In this document: positions 10,069 through 20,082 of the stretch, in pieces
Numbering within the stretch: the stretch's first letter is position 1
How the letters are laid out: each line of letters opens with the position of its first letter
IMG/VR virus record: IMGVR_UViG_3300013770_000001
Location: 1-55,576 of that record
DNA length: 55,576 bases
Source of the DNA: a virus
Lineage: Duplodnaviria > Caudoviricetes
Reading direction: 5' to 3' (one strand)
Translations under genes and position numbers: made by a program
Notes under the pieces: model-generated
Database searches by the model: none
The model's input: the letters and a program-made list of their open reading frames with translations, nothing else
What the model was told of the DNA's origin: nothing

Positions 10069-10890
10069 ATGTTGAAGCATCATTTCTTTGTCAAAGCATT
10101 TAAAGTTGCGCACGAAGGTGAAGGCACCGGGGCGGCAACTGGCGGGGCAACTGGCGGGGCAACTGGCGGAGAGGGCGCAAAACCGGCCGGCGGTTTCACT
10201 CCCGAACAGCAGGCGCATATCAATTCCTTGTTGAACGAGGAAAAGACCAAAGCCAAGAAAGTCGCCGCCGCATTGCAGGTCGAACTGGAAAACATTCGGA
10301 AGCGGTCGAATCTGACGGCAGAGGAACGTGACCAGAATCAGGCGCGTGTCGAAGCACTGGCCGCAGAACTAAAGACTGTTCAGGAAGTGGAACGGGACAA
10401 GCTCGTCCGCCTTCAGAAGGACTCAGAAGTGGCCACCAAGGCAGCGACTGAAAAAGCCAAAGTAATGGAACAACGGTTCCAAAATCTTCTTATTTCAAAC
10501 GCAATCATGTCCGGCAGTACCGGAAAAGGATATGCAGCCCGGAATCCCCAGCAGCTTGCACGGATTCTGGCAGGTGACACCCATGTGGTGGAAGTTCTGC
10601 AAGATGGAAAACCGACGGGCGAGTACGCGGTGAAAGCCACGTACAACGGCGTCAATGAAAAAGGTGAAGCGGTGACACTGGAGCTTCCTGTGAGCGAGGT
10701 CATTCAAAAGATGGCTTTGTCTAAGGAACATTCCAATTTATTCACCGGTGAAGGCATTGGCGGACTGGATCGAAGCACCACGAGGGACGCTTCGGCGCAG
10801 CTAGACGCGGCCGAGTTGGCGGAAAAGAATCCGGAGGAATATCAGCGCCGCCGGAAAGATGGTTCGCTCACTCTCACGAACATGAAATAA
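10069..10890 (+). CDS. Capsid scaffolding protein with FKVAH leader
   Basis: Gly-rich linker (GGAT repeats encoded by a 12-bp repeat), FTPEQQ motif, long coiled coil; directly upstream of the capsid gene. Confidence 0.75.
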   Translation: MLKHHFFVKAFKVAHEGEGTGAATGGATGGATGGEGAKPAGGFTPEQQAHINSLLNEEKTKAKKVAAALQVELENIRKRSNLTAEERDQNQARVEALAAELKTVQEVERDKLVRLQKDSEVATKAATEKAKVMEQRFQNLLISNAIMSGSTGKGYAARNPQQLARILAGDTHVVEVLQDGKPTGEYAVKATYNGVNEKGEAVTLELPVSEVIQKMALSKEHSNLFTGEGIGGLDRSTTRDASAQLDAAELAEKNPEEYQRRRKDGSLTLTNMK

Positions 10891-10931
10891 CCAGAATCGG
10901 ATGTTCCGATTCTAGAATCAAGGAGTTTGAC

Positions 10932-12287
10932 ATGAAGTTGTTTTTGAAACCGTTCAAAGTCGCACACGCGAACAGTCTGACCGCGTTCAATCCCGCGATC
11001 TGGGCCCAAGAATCCCTGATCGTGCTTGAACAAAAACAAGTTGCGGCGAATTTCGTTCACCGTGACTTCAGCAATCAGATTCAAGCGTTCGGCGATACGG
11101 TGCACACGCGCCGGCCCGGCAAGTTCTACGCCAAGCGTAAAACGACTGCCGATCAGGTCTCGATTCAAGACGCATCTTCGACTGACGTGCAGATTGTTCT
11201 GAATCAGCACCTGCACACTTCGTTCACCATCAAGGACGGCGAAGAGTCGTTGGCAATGCAGTCGTTGGTTGCCACCTACTTGGAACCGGCCATGACGGCC
11301 ATTACCCGCGCTCTGGACGAAATCGTTCTGTCCGCGGCCTACGCAGGTCTGGAAAATCACGTCGGTCGCCTCGGCACCGCCGCGAGCAAAGCAAGCTGCA
11401 TTGCACTTGATACCAAGTTCAACCAGCTCAACGTTCCCGCAGATGATCCGCGTTACTGCTTCTTGACCCCGACCTCCAAGGGTGACTTGCTGGCAGAAAC
11501 GTCGTTCACCAAAGCGAACGAAATCGGCACGACCGACGCAGTGCGCAAGGCTTACCTTGGTGAACTGTTCGGCGTCAACTATATGATGACGCAGTTGGCT
11601 CCGACCATCGACGCCGGTGCTCTGACCTTGATCACTGCGACGAACACCAACGCCTTGGCGAAGGGCGCAACTGGCTCCTTCACCGTCGGCGCAGCCTCCG
11701 GCACTCTGGCGGCTGGCATGTGGGTGACTGCGGCAGGGATTCCGTACTTCGTGACGGCCTGCACTCCTTCGACGGCGATCACTCTGGATCGTCCGCTGGA
11801 TGAAGCCATCGGCGCAACGGACGTGTTCACGTTCGTGACGCAGGCGCAGATCGACACCAATACCTATGCGGCTGGGTACGCAAAGGAATTGCTGTACAAA
11901 ACCGAACTGGCTCAACGCGGTCAGTTGTTCAACCTGAAACTGGACCTTCAGCGCTACGGTGCGTTGTCGGAAGCCAGCTTCGCCACGTTGCTGCTGCCCC
12001 ACATCCCCACCGCAACGACCGTCACCGCGAACGATGTGATCGGCCTCGGCCCCGCAGGCAACTGGAACATGGCATGGCATCCGAATGCCATCGCTCTGGT
12101 GACTCGTCCTCTGTCGGCGATTCCTGCCGGCATGGGTGCACGTTCGTCTGTGGCTTCGAGCCGCGGCTTCGGTCTTCGCGTGACGACCGGCTACAGCATC
12201 TTGGATCAGGGCATCGTCGTGACCATCGACGTGCTGGCTGGTGTCAAAGTGCTGGACGCGAACCTGATGGCGATCATGTTCGGTTAA
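10932..12287 (+). CDS. Major capsid protein (P22 coat-like) with FKVAH leader and an internal beta-rich insertion
   Basis: P.IWAQESL..L..VHRDF..GDTV..RRP, D.L.GVKVLD C-terminus; strong AAGGAG RBS; biased codon use. Confidence 0.85.
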   Translation: MKLFLKPFKVAHANSLTAFNPAIWAQESLIVLEQKQVAANFVHRDFSNQIQAFGDTVHTRRPGKFYAKRKTTADQVSIQDASSTDVQIVLNQHLHTSFTIKDGEESLAMQSLVATYLEPAMTAITRALDEIVLSAAYAGLENHVGRLGTAASKASCIALDTKFNQLNVPADDPRYCFLTPTSKGDLLAETSFTKANEIGTTDAVRKAYLGELFGVNYMMTQLAPTIDAGALTLITATNTNALAKGATGSFTVGAASGTLAAGMWVTAAGIPYFVTACTPSTAITLDRPLDEAIGATDVFTFVTQAQIDTNTYAAGYAKELLYKTELAQRGQLFNLKLDLQRYGALSEASFATLLLPHIPTATTVTANDVIGLGPAGNWNMAWHPNAIALVTRPLSAIPAGMGARSSVASSRGFGLRVTTGYSILDQGIVVTIDVLAGVKVLDANLMAIMFG

Positions 12288-12326
12288 TCGGTTTGGTCAG
12301 ACGTGATGCTCGTCTGACCGCCCGCC

Positions 12327-12360
12327 GGGAGGGGCGATACCGCCCCTCCCATTTAAATTT
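12327..12360 (+). terminator. Intrinsic terminator after the capsid gene
   Basis: gggaggggcg-atac-cgcccctccc then atttaaattt; a second hairpin ggtcagacg/cgtctgacc lies just upstream. Confidence 0.7.
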
Positions 12361-12374
12361 ACGGAGGGTCGAAA

Positions 12375-12728
12375 ATGACAGAAACAGTAATCGAGATTCT
12401 GAAACAGTTCGGTCTTCCGGTGCTACTGGTACTGTATTTCTTATGGAAAGATGACCTGCAACAGAGGACTGACCGAAAGGCGCTGAAAGAGCAGCAGGTT
12501 CGTGATAAGGAAGAGAGGGACTCGCTTGCTCTGCGTGTCGCCGAGGTCGAGGCCCATAGCCGGACTAAGTTAGAGGTCATTGCCGAGAACTCAGCCGTCG
12601 CCCTGAATCACTGCGCGCAGGCACTGGAGATGAGTTCAAGGATTATCCAAGACAATGCCGGTCAGCGTGACAGACTGATTCAGGCACTTGCTGAAAACAC
12701 GGCAGTTCTTCAGGGAATGAAAAAATGA
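12375..12728 (+). CDS. Membrane protein, holin-like (one N-terminal TM plus coiled coil)
   Basis: ILKQFGLPVLLVLYFLW hydrophobic segment followed by a charged helix. Confidence 0.4.
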   Translation: MTETVIEILKQFGLPVLLVLYFLWKDDLQQRTDRKALKEQQVRDKEERDSLALRVAEVEAHSRTKLEVIAENSAVALNHCAQALEMSSRIIQDNAGQRDRLIQALAENTAVLQGMKK

Positions 12729-13147
12729 GTATGCTTCGGCAGATCGACAACTTAATCTACGCCCTCGAACGGTCTGCCCCGACCGTCGGGGTCGTTTTGA
12801 TTTCGGTTGAATCTGCCGACTATGATATCACAAAAGGCAGTGTCACGAAAGAGACTCGACGGCTCAAACTTCCGCGCGCGGTCCAGCTCTCACAGGAGAC
12901 AGTGCAGAAGAAGCTTCTCAACATGATGAAACTTGGCTCTCTTAGTGCGGCGACACAGATGGACACCATGCTTATTGTGAGGGCCAAGTACATCAAGGAC
13001 GGATTCGTTTTTGATAAGGACTGCAAAGTTCAAATCGGAACTACATTGTACGAGATCGTCTATTTCGAGACACCGTCCGAGATTCGTGGCTATTTGGTCG
13101 GTCTTCGTGGGACGGGTGCAGCGAATCCAGTGGGAGAACAGGAATGA
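12725..13147 (+). CDS. Putative head closure/stopper protein
   Basis: Size, position and YDI.KG..; V.IG...YEI beta pattern. Confidence 0.45.
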   Translation: MSMLRQIDNLIYALERSAPTVGVVLISVESADYDITKGSVTKETRRLKLPRAVQLSQETVQKKLLNMMKLGSLSAATQMDTMLIVRAKYIKDGFVFDKDCKVQIGTTLYEIVYFETPSEIRGYLVGLRGTGAANPVGEQE

Positions 13148-13659
13148 GTCAAGACCCACTGGAACGCGATCTATGGCCTCGCTGGATCTTTGCATCCTGT
13201 GCACAGTTCTTCAAAGAGCAACTGCCAACGGCAGATTTCTTTGTTGAGGGGCAGGAGTTCAAGGAGGACAATATCAAGGATTCTGTCCAGTTCAGGATGG
13301 ACGGTCCTCAGATTTCACAGATCAGTAGCACTATCTGGCGAGTGCGTCTGGAAGTCAATATCTATGCTCAATCAGTGATTCGGGAATCTTCTTGGCAGGA
13401 TATTCACAAATTGGTTGGACTCGTTTCAGCGGCGTTCAAAGACATCCCCGTCTATCGATTCGGAAAGGTGGAAGAGGATGCCCGCAATAATGATACCCTT
13501 TGGGACTGTCTCCGACTTGTTCAGGAGCTGACCGGACAGGACGGTGCTATAAATGTTACACACTTTGGGCAGGTCGTCCAAAATACCAAAGTAATGGCGG
13601 CAACTATCGCCGGCCACTACATCGTAGATCATGATACTGACATAGGAGGAATAGCATGA
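13144..13659 (+). CDS. Putative tail terminator
   Basis: Directly upstream of the tail tube gene; typical size. Confidence 0.45.
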   Translation: MSQDPLERDLWPRWIFASCAQFFKEQLPTADFFVEGQEFKEDNIKDSVQFRMDGPQISQISSTIWRVRLEVNIYAQSVIRESSWQDIHKLVGLVSAAFKDIPVYRFGKVEEDARNNDTLWDCLRLVQELTGQDGAINVTHFGQVVQNTKVMAATIAGHYIVDHDTDIGGIA

Positions 13660-14189
13660 AATTTTCGTGCTTGCGTCCCTTCAAAGTCGCGCACCGGCAG
13701 ATCGCTTTCCGGGATTGCACTCTGAAGATCAAGGACGGAACCACTCCGACCCCCAAGAGTTTGACCGTCAAACTCGGCAATGGGAGTCTGACGTGGGATG
13801 AGAAGCGAAATATCGAGTATATTCTCGACCGCGGGAATCTGGACGACGTTCGCGAAGGCGATCAAGTTCCGGTTCAGTTCGATCTCGAAGGCAGCTTCGA
13901 GAAATATACTGGTTCGGTCGGGTCGAGCACTCCGACGCCAGACGATGCGCTCAAGAATTTGGGCGAGGCAAGTGACTGGGTGTCCTCGGATGCCGATGCT
14001 TGCAAACCGTATGCGGTGGACTTGGAACTGTCAATCGTCCCGTCGGGATGCACTTCCGATGACAAAGAAGTCTTCACTTTCAGCGACTTCCGCTGGGAAG
14101 ACGTGAAGCACAACACGAAAACGGGCATGTTGTCCGTCTCCGGGAAGTGCAACATCATCCGGCCCTCTGTGGTCCGGCAGGCTCAGTAA
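13656..14189 (+). CDS. Major tail tube protein with FKVAH leader
   Basis: AGGAGG RBS; beta-rich, 177 aa; followed by a terminator and the chaperone gene. Confidence 0.7.
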   Translation: MKFSCLRPFKVAHRQIAFRDCTLKIKDGTTPTPKSLTVKLGNGSLTWDEKRNIEYILDRGNLDDVREGDQVPVQFDLEGSFEKYTGSVGSSTPTPDDALKNLGEASDWVSSDADACKPYAVDLELSIVPSGCTSDDKEVFTFSDFRWEDVKHNTKTGMLSVSGKCNIIRPSVVRQAQ

Positions 14190-14197
14190 ATAGCATC

Positions 14198-14228
14198 GGG
14201 TGTGCCCAGTAATGGGCACACCCATTTT
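14198..14228 (+). terminator. Intrinsic terminator
   Basis: gggtgtgccca-gtaa-tgggcacaccc-atttt. Confidence 0.7.
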
Positions 14229-14240
14229 AGGAGATTCAAG

Positions 14241-14759
14241 ATGAAAATCGGCGGGAAAAAATTAGAAGGGATCAATGTGGAACCCTTCGTACTCCCTCGG
14301 GCGACCGGGGATATTGTGTTTCAATTGCAGGCCGTTCCGGATATGTCCGGATTCCTTGCGATCTGCCCGGAACCGGAAGTTCCGATCTCGGTAAATGCTA
14401 AGACGGGGAAGAAAGCACCCGACCCGGACAGTGAAGACTACCTCAAGGCACTGGGTGAATGGGCGGGACGGAAGTACCGCTACATTCAGATTCAGTCCCT
14501 TGCAGCGACGAAAGAACTGGAATGGGAACTCGTGGATGTCAAGAATCCCGAGACTTGGGATCTGGTTCCGAAGGAACTGAAAGCTGCGGGTTTGACTGAT
14601 ATCGAGATCGCACGTCTGCTCGGTGCAATCAACGCAGTGCAGGGTCTGAATGACACCAAATTCCAAGAAGCCCTTGACCGTTTTGTCTTGCGCCAGAAGG
14701 AGGCACTGGCAGAGGACGAAGCGAAGACCTCCCGGAAACTCGCTCAGTCGAGTATGTAA
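14241..14759 (+). CDS. Tail assembly chaperone (gpG-like)
   Basis: AGGAG RBS before ATG 14241; lies between tail tube and tape measure. Confidence 0.7.
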   Translation: MKIGGKKLEGINVEPFVLPRATGDIVFQLQAVPDMSGFLAICPEPEVPISVNAKTGKKAPDPDSEDYLKALGEWAGRKYRYIQIQSLAATKELEWELVDVKNPETWDLVPKELKAAGLTDIEIARLLGAINAVQGLNDTKFQEALDRFVLRQKEALAEDEAKTSRKLAQSSM

Positions 14760-14923
14760 TCTGGCGGGCTTGCGAACGGTTAGGGATTCGGCCACCGGGG
14801 ATATTGGGAGACTGGGATGAGAACAACGATTGGACTCAAGCCCAGTTACTCGCCTATAACACCCTCCGGGGCTATGAAGAGTATCAGGTACAGGCGGCTC
14901 TCGCAGGGGCCAAGATCAAGTAA
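14678..14923 (+). CDS. Tail assembly chaperone -1 frame extension (gpT-like)
   Basis: The -1 frame is open from 14678 to TAA at 14921 (..EYVIWRACERLGIRPPG..QAQLLAY..) and lacks its own ATG. Confidence 0.55.
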   Translation, partial: PFCLAPEGGTGRGRSEDLPETRSVEYVIWRACERLGIRPPGILGDWDENNDWTQAQLLAYNTLRGYEEYQVQAALAGAKIK

Positions 14924-14939
14924 AAAGGATTCGCGAATC

Positions 14940-15566
14940 ATGCCAGTAGACTTCTCCCGGTTCTTCCTCGATGCAGTGACGAGTGGTGGCACACGAAGTG
15001 TCACCACTCGCCTCTTCATTGATATGAAGAAGCTGTGGAAAGCCTGCACCTTCTCATTTCTTGAAGCAGCACTGGATAAGATTCATGTTGACACCGGCAT
15101 GTCGGCAGCTTCGCTCATGCCGCTCGCAGCAAAGGTTCAAGTTCGCAGTCAGATTGAGGCACAGTTAGCTGGGATGGGAACGCCGACCAAGCCCGGCCAT
15201 AAGACACTCTATGGACGGTGGGCGTCCAATAATGCTGAGTTCAAAAGTCGCACACTGGGTGAGCAGTTAGGAAAGAAATCCTTTGCTCTGACCTATGGCG
15301 ATGCAAACAATCCGATCTTCTCCTTCGACTTCGAGATCGCAGTTTTCCAATTGTATTTGCATGAGACCTCCGAGAACTGGATGAATGAGCGCGGCGGGCG
15401 CAAGAGCCAGAACTGGCACGCAATCGAGGCAGGTTATTTTGCTTTCTTGAAGCATTTCGATGATAATGTTGATTCGTATATCAATGTGGACAGATTTGCA
15501 CAAATAATGCTCGAAGGTGAACGCGGCGGTGCCGACCTCGTTGAGGAGGGCGATTTCGATGGCTAA
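14940..15566 (+). CDS. HK97 gp10-like neck/tail completion protein
   Basis: HVDTGMSAAS resembles the PVDTG.LR.S motif. Confidence 0.5.
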   Translation: MPVDFSRFFLDAVTSGGTRSVTTRLFIDMKKLWKACTFSFLEAALDKIHVDTGMSAASLMPLAAKVQVRSQIEAQLAGMGTPTKPGHKTLYGRWASNNAEFKSRTLGEQLGKKSFALTYGDANNPIFSFDFEIAVFQLYLHETSENWMNERGGRKSQNWHAIEAGYFAFLKHFDDNVDSYINVDRFAQIMLEGERGGADLVEEGDFDG

Positions 15567-18500
15567 GCAATACAAAGTACAAGCAAACTTCGACGAGATC
15601 ATCAAGGGTCTCGATGCAACGACTATTGCCATTATGAAGACGGCAATGGCCGAGAAGCAGCTTATTAGCTATACGAAGACGATGAACTCCGAGGGCGACC
15701 TTCAGAGCCTCAAGTTAAAACTGCTTGCGAAAGATGGCGATATTCTTGCAGCAAGTATCGCGAAAGTTCTGACTGAGACTGAGGCCGGTGTCGAGATTCA
15801 GACGGCCTACACACAGTCAGTGATCGGCTCGACGGTCGCGGTTAAGAACCAGATCACAACTGCCGAGAAACTGATTCAGACTCAGAAAGAAATCAACCGG
15901 ATCAAGAGTGACTATCGGCCTTCAAGGGCGCGAGTTGGAGCAACTGGTTCTGACTTGGAAGGGGCTCAAATCTCTTATGCGCAGCAGGCGGGGAAGCTGG
16001 CAGAAATGGGCGGGAGCAACGGCATTTCCCTTGAACAAATCCGTAAAATGCGTGGCGAGATCTCGTCCGGTCAGACACAGGTCTATACTGGTGAACTCCG
16101 CGAAGTGCAGGCCCAATTATACCGTGTTATGCAGGCAGAACGTGAATTAGGAATCGCGACCCGCGATGCTGGTCAAGCCAGCCAGAAGGCTGGTGCGCTG
16201 GCGGTGGAAGCACTCCGCAAAGAAGAGGTAGAACTCGCTAAGGTGCAACAGGCGAGATTCAAGATGCAGCAACAGATTGAGGGGCAGTTGCAGGCAATTC
16301 GCAAGCAGGTCTATGCCGATCAAGCGGCGGAAGCTCTCCGGCAGGGAAGACCCCTCACGCTGAATACACCCAAGGGTCCGATGCTACTGAATACAGACGC
16401 AGCGAAACGTGCAACGGCAGAAGAGACGGCGAGTCTAAAACAACTGGATGTGCAGACAAAAGAGACCGAGAAATCAGGGAAGATGCTAGGTCTGACATGG
16501 GGGACTGTGTTCAAGATCGGGATGATTCAAGTCTTTCACGCTGGGATGACTGCGCTCCTCCAGTCCGTGCGTGATGGCGTTCAGACGACGGTTCAATTGG
16601 AGAAAAGTCTCTCCGAGATCATGACCATTGATGACTCCCGCATGCCGTTTGGAACGTGGGCACACGGTCTTCGTCAGTTGTCGGACTCCTTTGGCCTCGA
16701 CATCCTCGACCAAGCAGAAGCTGCGTATCAAGCCCTGTCGAATCAGGTTGTCCGTGGTGCAGAAGTCTTCGAGTTCATGCAGCAAGCCAACACATTGGCG
16801 GTTACGACTGTTTCCAAGACATCTGAAGCCGTTGACGTTCTCTCGACGGTTATCAACGCCTTCGGTCTTCACGCCTCGCAGGCGGACGAGATCAGTGCCT
16901 CGCTCTTCAAAACAGTAGAATTAGGCCGTGTCCGTTTGAAAGAAATGGGCAATGCGATGGGCGCGCTGGCCGTCACTGCGGATCAGTTGGGCCTAAGCTA
17001 CGATGAATTGAACGCGTCGATTGCAACTGTTACGATTCAGGGTATTAAATTTGATCGCGCTCAGACACTAATCCAGAATATCATGTTGAAGTTGATTCGC
17101 CCTACTGAAGAGATGACTAAGCTCTTCCGCACTTGGGGGGTAGCATCCGGGGAAGCCGCAATCAAGGCTTTCGGTTGGGAAGGTGTCTTAGAGCGGATTC
17201 GCATCGCTTCTCAGGGGAGTTCAAAAGAACTAGGTGAACTGTTTGGACGTATCCGGGCGATTCAAGGCGCCATGACATTCTCGCATCAGCACCTCGAAAC
17301 CTATAACAAGGACTTGCTTGCGATTCGCGAATCAGAAGCATCGTACAGTGCGGCGACCGGCATTGTTATGGAAAACGTGGGTAAGAAGTTCGAGATCGCT
17401 GAAACCAAAATCAAGAATTTCTTCACCGTCGATGTCGGAACACGGCTCCTGAGTCAGATTGGGGCACTCACTGGAGATTTCGATGACCTTGTAATTGCAG
17501 CAAAGAGTTTCTTTGAACTCATCAAAGTCGGCGCGGCTGTTGCAGTTGGCATGCTTACAATCAAACTGTCACAACTTGCCCTAGCTTCCACCCTGGCAAC
17601 AAAGGGTTTTCAAGCAGCATCAATTGCCTTTACTGCGAGTCCATATGGTCTTGCACTTGTGGTCATCACAGCCGTGATCTATGCAACTGAACGGATCATC
17701 ACCCTTGAAGGTGAGATGCAGGAGAAACGGCAAGCGGCGGCACAGGAAGAACTTGAAAACTTCCAGAAGATTGAATCGGCTCAACAGAAACTTGCTGACC
17801 AACGTATTGAATCCGTGACGAAAATGAACACGGCGATCTTGAATTCATCTGGAGTTGCATCTGTAAAGATCACTGCGCGGTTAAATGCAGAGATGGATGC
17901 CTTCATCAAGGGGAATAAAGACGCCTCTGAAACCTTCAAGGAAACGATTCACTCCCTTGACACCGCCATCAACGCGCAACTCTCTCTCACGAAAGATGCG
18001 ATTAATCGGTACACGCGTGAGGCTGAATCTGCCAGTGGTGACATTGGCAAGATGTTTGACGATGTCGGAAAGGGGATATTTTCAACCAGTCTGAAAGGGA
18101 TGATGCCAGCAGGCCAATTGGCTGCCCTTGAGAATAAGATAAAGAGTGTTCAGGCACTTACACGGCAGGCTGCGGGCGGTGACGATCTAAAATCAGCAGA
18201 AGCCTTCATGGCTGAGGCTCGGAGTTTGAGGCACGAGGCAACCGAGATTGCTGCGGCACAGAAGTCGAAGGGGGCCAATTACGATCTATCGATTTATGCC
18301 CAGAAAGAACTCGATCTCGTGGTTGCACAGGCCCAGATTCGACGGGATATGCAGGACAGGGCGATGGCTGCACTGAACGAACTCCATAAGAAGGAGATGG
18401 AGCAGCAGGCAGAGTTGCGACAGGCTTCAAGACTTGGAGGCCGTCTAGAGAAGTTCAATATCTCCGACCTCTTGGACAAGGGGACGACTGCTTCGATCAC

Positions 18501-19437
18501 CGAAGCAATGTCCTCGCATGAAACCGACTTGGGACAGTTCACTGGTCTCCAACACAAACTCGGTCTTGATCTTGGGGCATCTGAAGAGCAGATTCGGTGG
18601 GAGAAAGAAAAAGCAATTCTCCAAAAGAAACTGAACTCCCTTGAACTCGCGAATCTGGATATGGCCCAGACGCAAGCGACAGAGATTCTGAACGCGCGCA
18701 TTGAAGCCTACAATACCTCGATGACGAGTGTTCAGGCCCATTTTGCGGGTGTCACGGCGACATTCGAGAAGCTGAAGGGTGGCCCCGGTGGTGAGACGCT
18801 CGACCTTTCAGAATTGGCCACGCTCAATGACCTAATTAGTAAGCATCGGTATGCTGACGCGATAAAACAGGAAGATGTTGCGAGTGCTGCTTTGACCCAA
18901 AGGCAAGGACAGGTTCTAGACGATATGGACCTAATGAAGGGTAGACGCCACACGGCGTGGAACGCGGATTTGAAAGAGGAGGCAGAGGCAATCACTTCGA
19001 TGCTGGGTATTCTTTTGGACAAAAATGGACCTAGCCTTCGGGATGCCACTCAGATCGAAAAGGATCAGGAAGCGATTAAAAAGATCCAAGAAGATTCAAA
19101 ACGGTATCTTCCGCTCATTGCTAAGTTCAAAGAGGAGCAACTCATTGGTGAAAAGTCTGATCTGCAAATTCTACAGGAACGGTGGGATATCCTCAAGAAG
19201 ACCCAAGAACTGCAACAGAAACTAGGATCGGGTCTCTCAGACGTTCCAGTTATCCTGCCGCCGACAGTCCCGACACCAGTAGGAAGCCCAGAGGGTGATT
19301 CTGGAATCGGTAATAGTACGATTAACTTGAATATTGGAGGGGAGAAGGTGGCCGTTCTTAATATTAAGGGAATTGTTGCTGGGATTAAGAAGTATGAGCG
19401 TGTTACGAGTTTCGGAAGTCAGGTTGATGTAGCATAG
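15559..19437 (+). CDS. Tape measure protein (TP901-like core)
   Basis: About 1290 aa, helical and Ala-rich; AEAAYQALS..LFKTVELG..motif; GAGGAGG RBS. Confidence 0.9.
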   Translation: MAKQYKVQANFDEIIKGLDATTIAIMKTAMAEKQLISYTKTMNSEGDLQSLKLKLLAKDGDILAASIAKVLTETEAGVEIQTAYTQSVIGSTVAVKNQITTAEKLIQTQKEINRIKSDYRPSRARVGATGSDLEGAQISYAQQAGKLAEMGGSNGISLEQIRKMRGEISSGQTQVYTGELREVQAQLYRVMQAERELGIATRDAGQASQKAGALAVEALRKEEVELAKVQQARFKMQQQIEGQLQAIRKQVYADQAAEALRQGRPLTLNTPKGPMLLNTDAAKRATAEETASLKQLDVQTKETEKSGKMLGLTWGTVFKIGMIQVFHAGMTALLQSVRDGVQTTVQLEKSLSEIMTIDDSRMPFGTWAHGLRQLSDSFGLDILDQAEAAYQALSNQVVRGAEVFEFMQQANTLAVTTVSKTSEAVDVLSTVINAFGLHASQADEISASLFKTVELGRVRLKEMGNAMGALAVTADQLGLSYDELNASIATVTIQGIKFDRAQTLIQNIMLKLIRPTEEMTKLFRTWGVASGEAAIKAFGWEGVLERIRIASQGSSKELGELFGRIRAIQGAMTFSHQHLETYNKDLLAIRESEASYSAATGIVMENVGKKFEIAETKIKNFFTVDVGTRLLSQIGALTGDFDDLVIAAKSFFELIKVGAAVAVGMLTIKLSQLALASTLATKGFQAASIAFTASPYGLALVVITAVIYATERIITLEGEMQEKRQAAAQEELENFQKIESAQQKLADQRIESVTKMNTAILNSSGVASVKITARLNAEMDAFIKGNKDASETFKETIHSLDTAINAQLSLTKDAINRYTREAESASGDIGKMFDDVGKGIFSTSLKGMMPAGQLAALENKIKSVQALTRQAAGGDDLKSAEAFMAEARSLRHEATEIAAAQKSKGANYDLSIYAQKELDLVVAQAQIRRDMQDRAMAALNELHKKEMEQQAELRQASRLGGRLEKFNISDLLDKGTTASITEAMSSHETDLGQFTGLQHKLGLDLGASEEQIRWEKEKAILQKKLNSLELANLDMAQTQATEILNARIEAYNTSMTSVQAHFAGVTATFEKLKGGPGGETLDLSELATLNDLISKHRYADAIKQEDVASAALTQRQGQVLDDMDLMKGRRHTAWNADLKEEAEAITSMLGILLDKNGPSLRDATQIEKDQEAIKKIQEDSKRYLPLIAKFKEEQLIGEKSDLQILQERWDILKKTQELQQKLGSGLSDVPVILPPTVPTPVGSPEGDSGIGNSTINLNIGGEKVAVLNIKGIVAGIKKYERVTSFGSQVDVA

Positions 19438-19447
19438 GAGATCAAGA

Positions 19448-20080
19448 ATGTTAAAACAGTTCCAAACACTCGGGAGCCTTGTTCGGGCCGCTGTCTGCGA
19501 CCCCAAGGAACTTGAGATCATCGCAGGGGCATTGAAGCGGGACCGCGGGCAACCCAGTCCCTGTGTTCTGCGCGGTGTCTTCACATGGAGTCAAGAACGA
19601 GGCCGGATTGTTGCGCCGAATGGCAAACTGATTCGGGTTGGCAAGATCATCAACAGCGGTAAAAGCCAGAACGGCAACGCCAACGTCGGAATCAACTCAT
19701 TCCTCGGCGTGAACTATCATGCTGACACTCAGATCACCGATTGGTACTTGGGGATGATCAACAACGCAGGCTACTCAGCACTGGCAGCGGGCGACACGAT
19801 GGGGTCACACGCCGGCTGGGCTGAGTTCACGGCCTACTCAGAAGCAGCACGTCCGACATGGTCTCCCGGCGCAGCGGCTGGCCAAGCGATCAGTAACTCC
19901 GCGGTTCGGGACTTCACGATTACCGGCGCCGCCGCGACCCTGCAGGGCGTGTTCCTCACCTCAGTCGCGACCAAGGGCGGGACGACGGGTGTTTTGAACT
20001 CGACGACACTGTTTGCGACACCGATTCCAGTTGTTGCCGCTGACGTGATCCATGTGACCTACTCCATTACGGGAAGCTAA
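19448..20080 (+). CDS. Putative tail/virion protein
   Basis: WYLGMI..W.EFTAYSEAARP.W..FTI..G.FL pattern seen in small tail-associated proteins. Confidence 0.5.
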   Translation: MLKQFQTLGSLVRAAVCDPKELEIIAGALKRDRGQPSPCVLRGVFTWSQERGRIVAPNGKLIRVGKIINSGKSQNGNANVGINSFLGVNYHADTQITDWYLGMINNAGYSALAAGDTMGSHAGWAEFTAYSEAARPTWSPGAAAGQAISNSAVRDFTITGAAATLQGVFLTSVATKGGTTGVLNSTTLFATPIPVVAADVIHVTYSITGS

Positions 20081-20082
20081 CA

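Noticed and set aside
10129-10170. 12-bp tandem repeat as a regulatory element
   Set aside because: It is in frame and simply encodes the GGAT linker of the scaffold protein.
10842-12080. 412-aa minus-strand ORF
   Set aside because: It is an antisense shadow of the codon-biased capsid gene; the same applies to the other long antisense ORFs (e.g. 34708-35421, 6966-7775).
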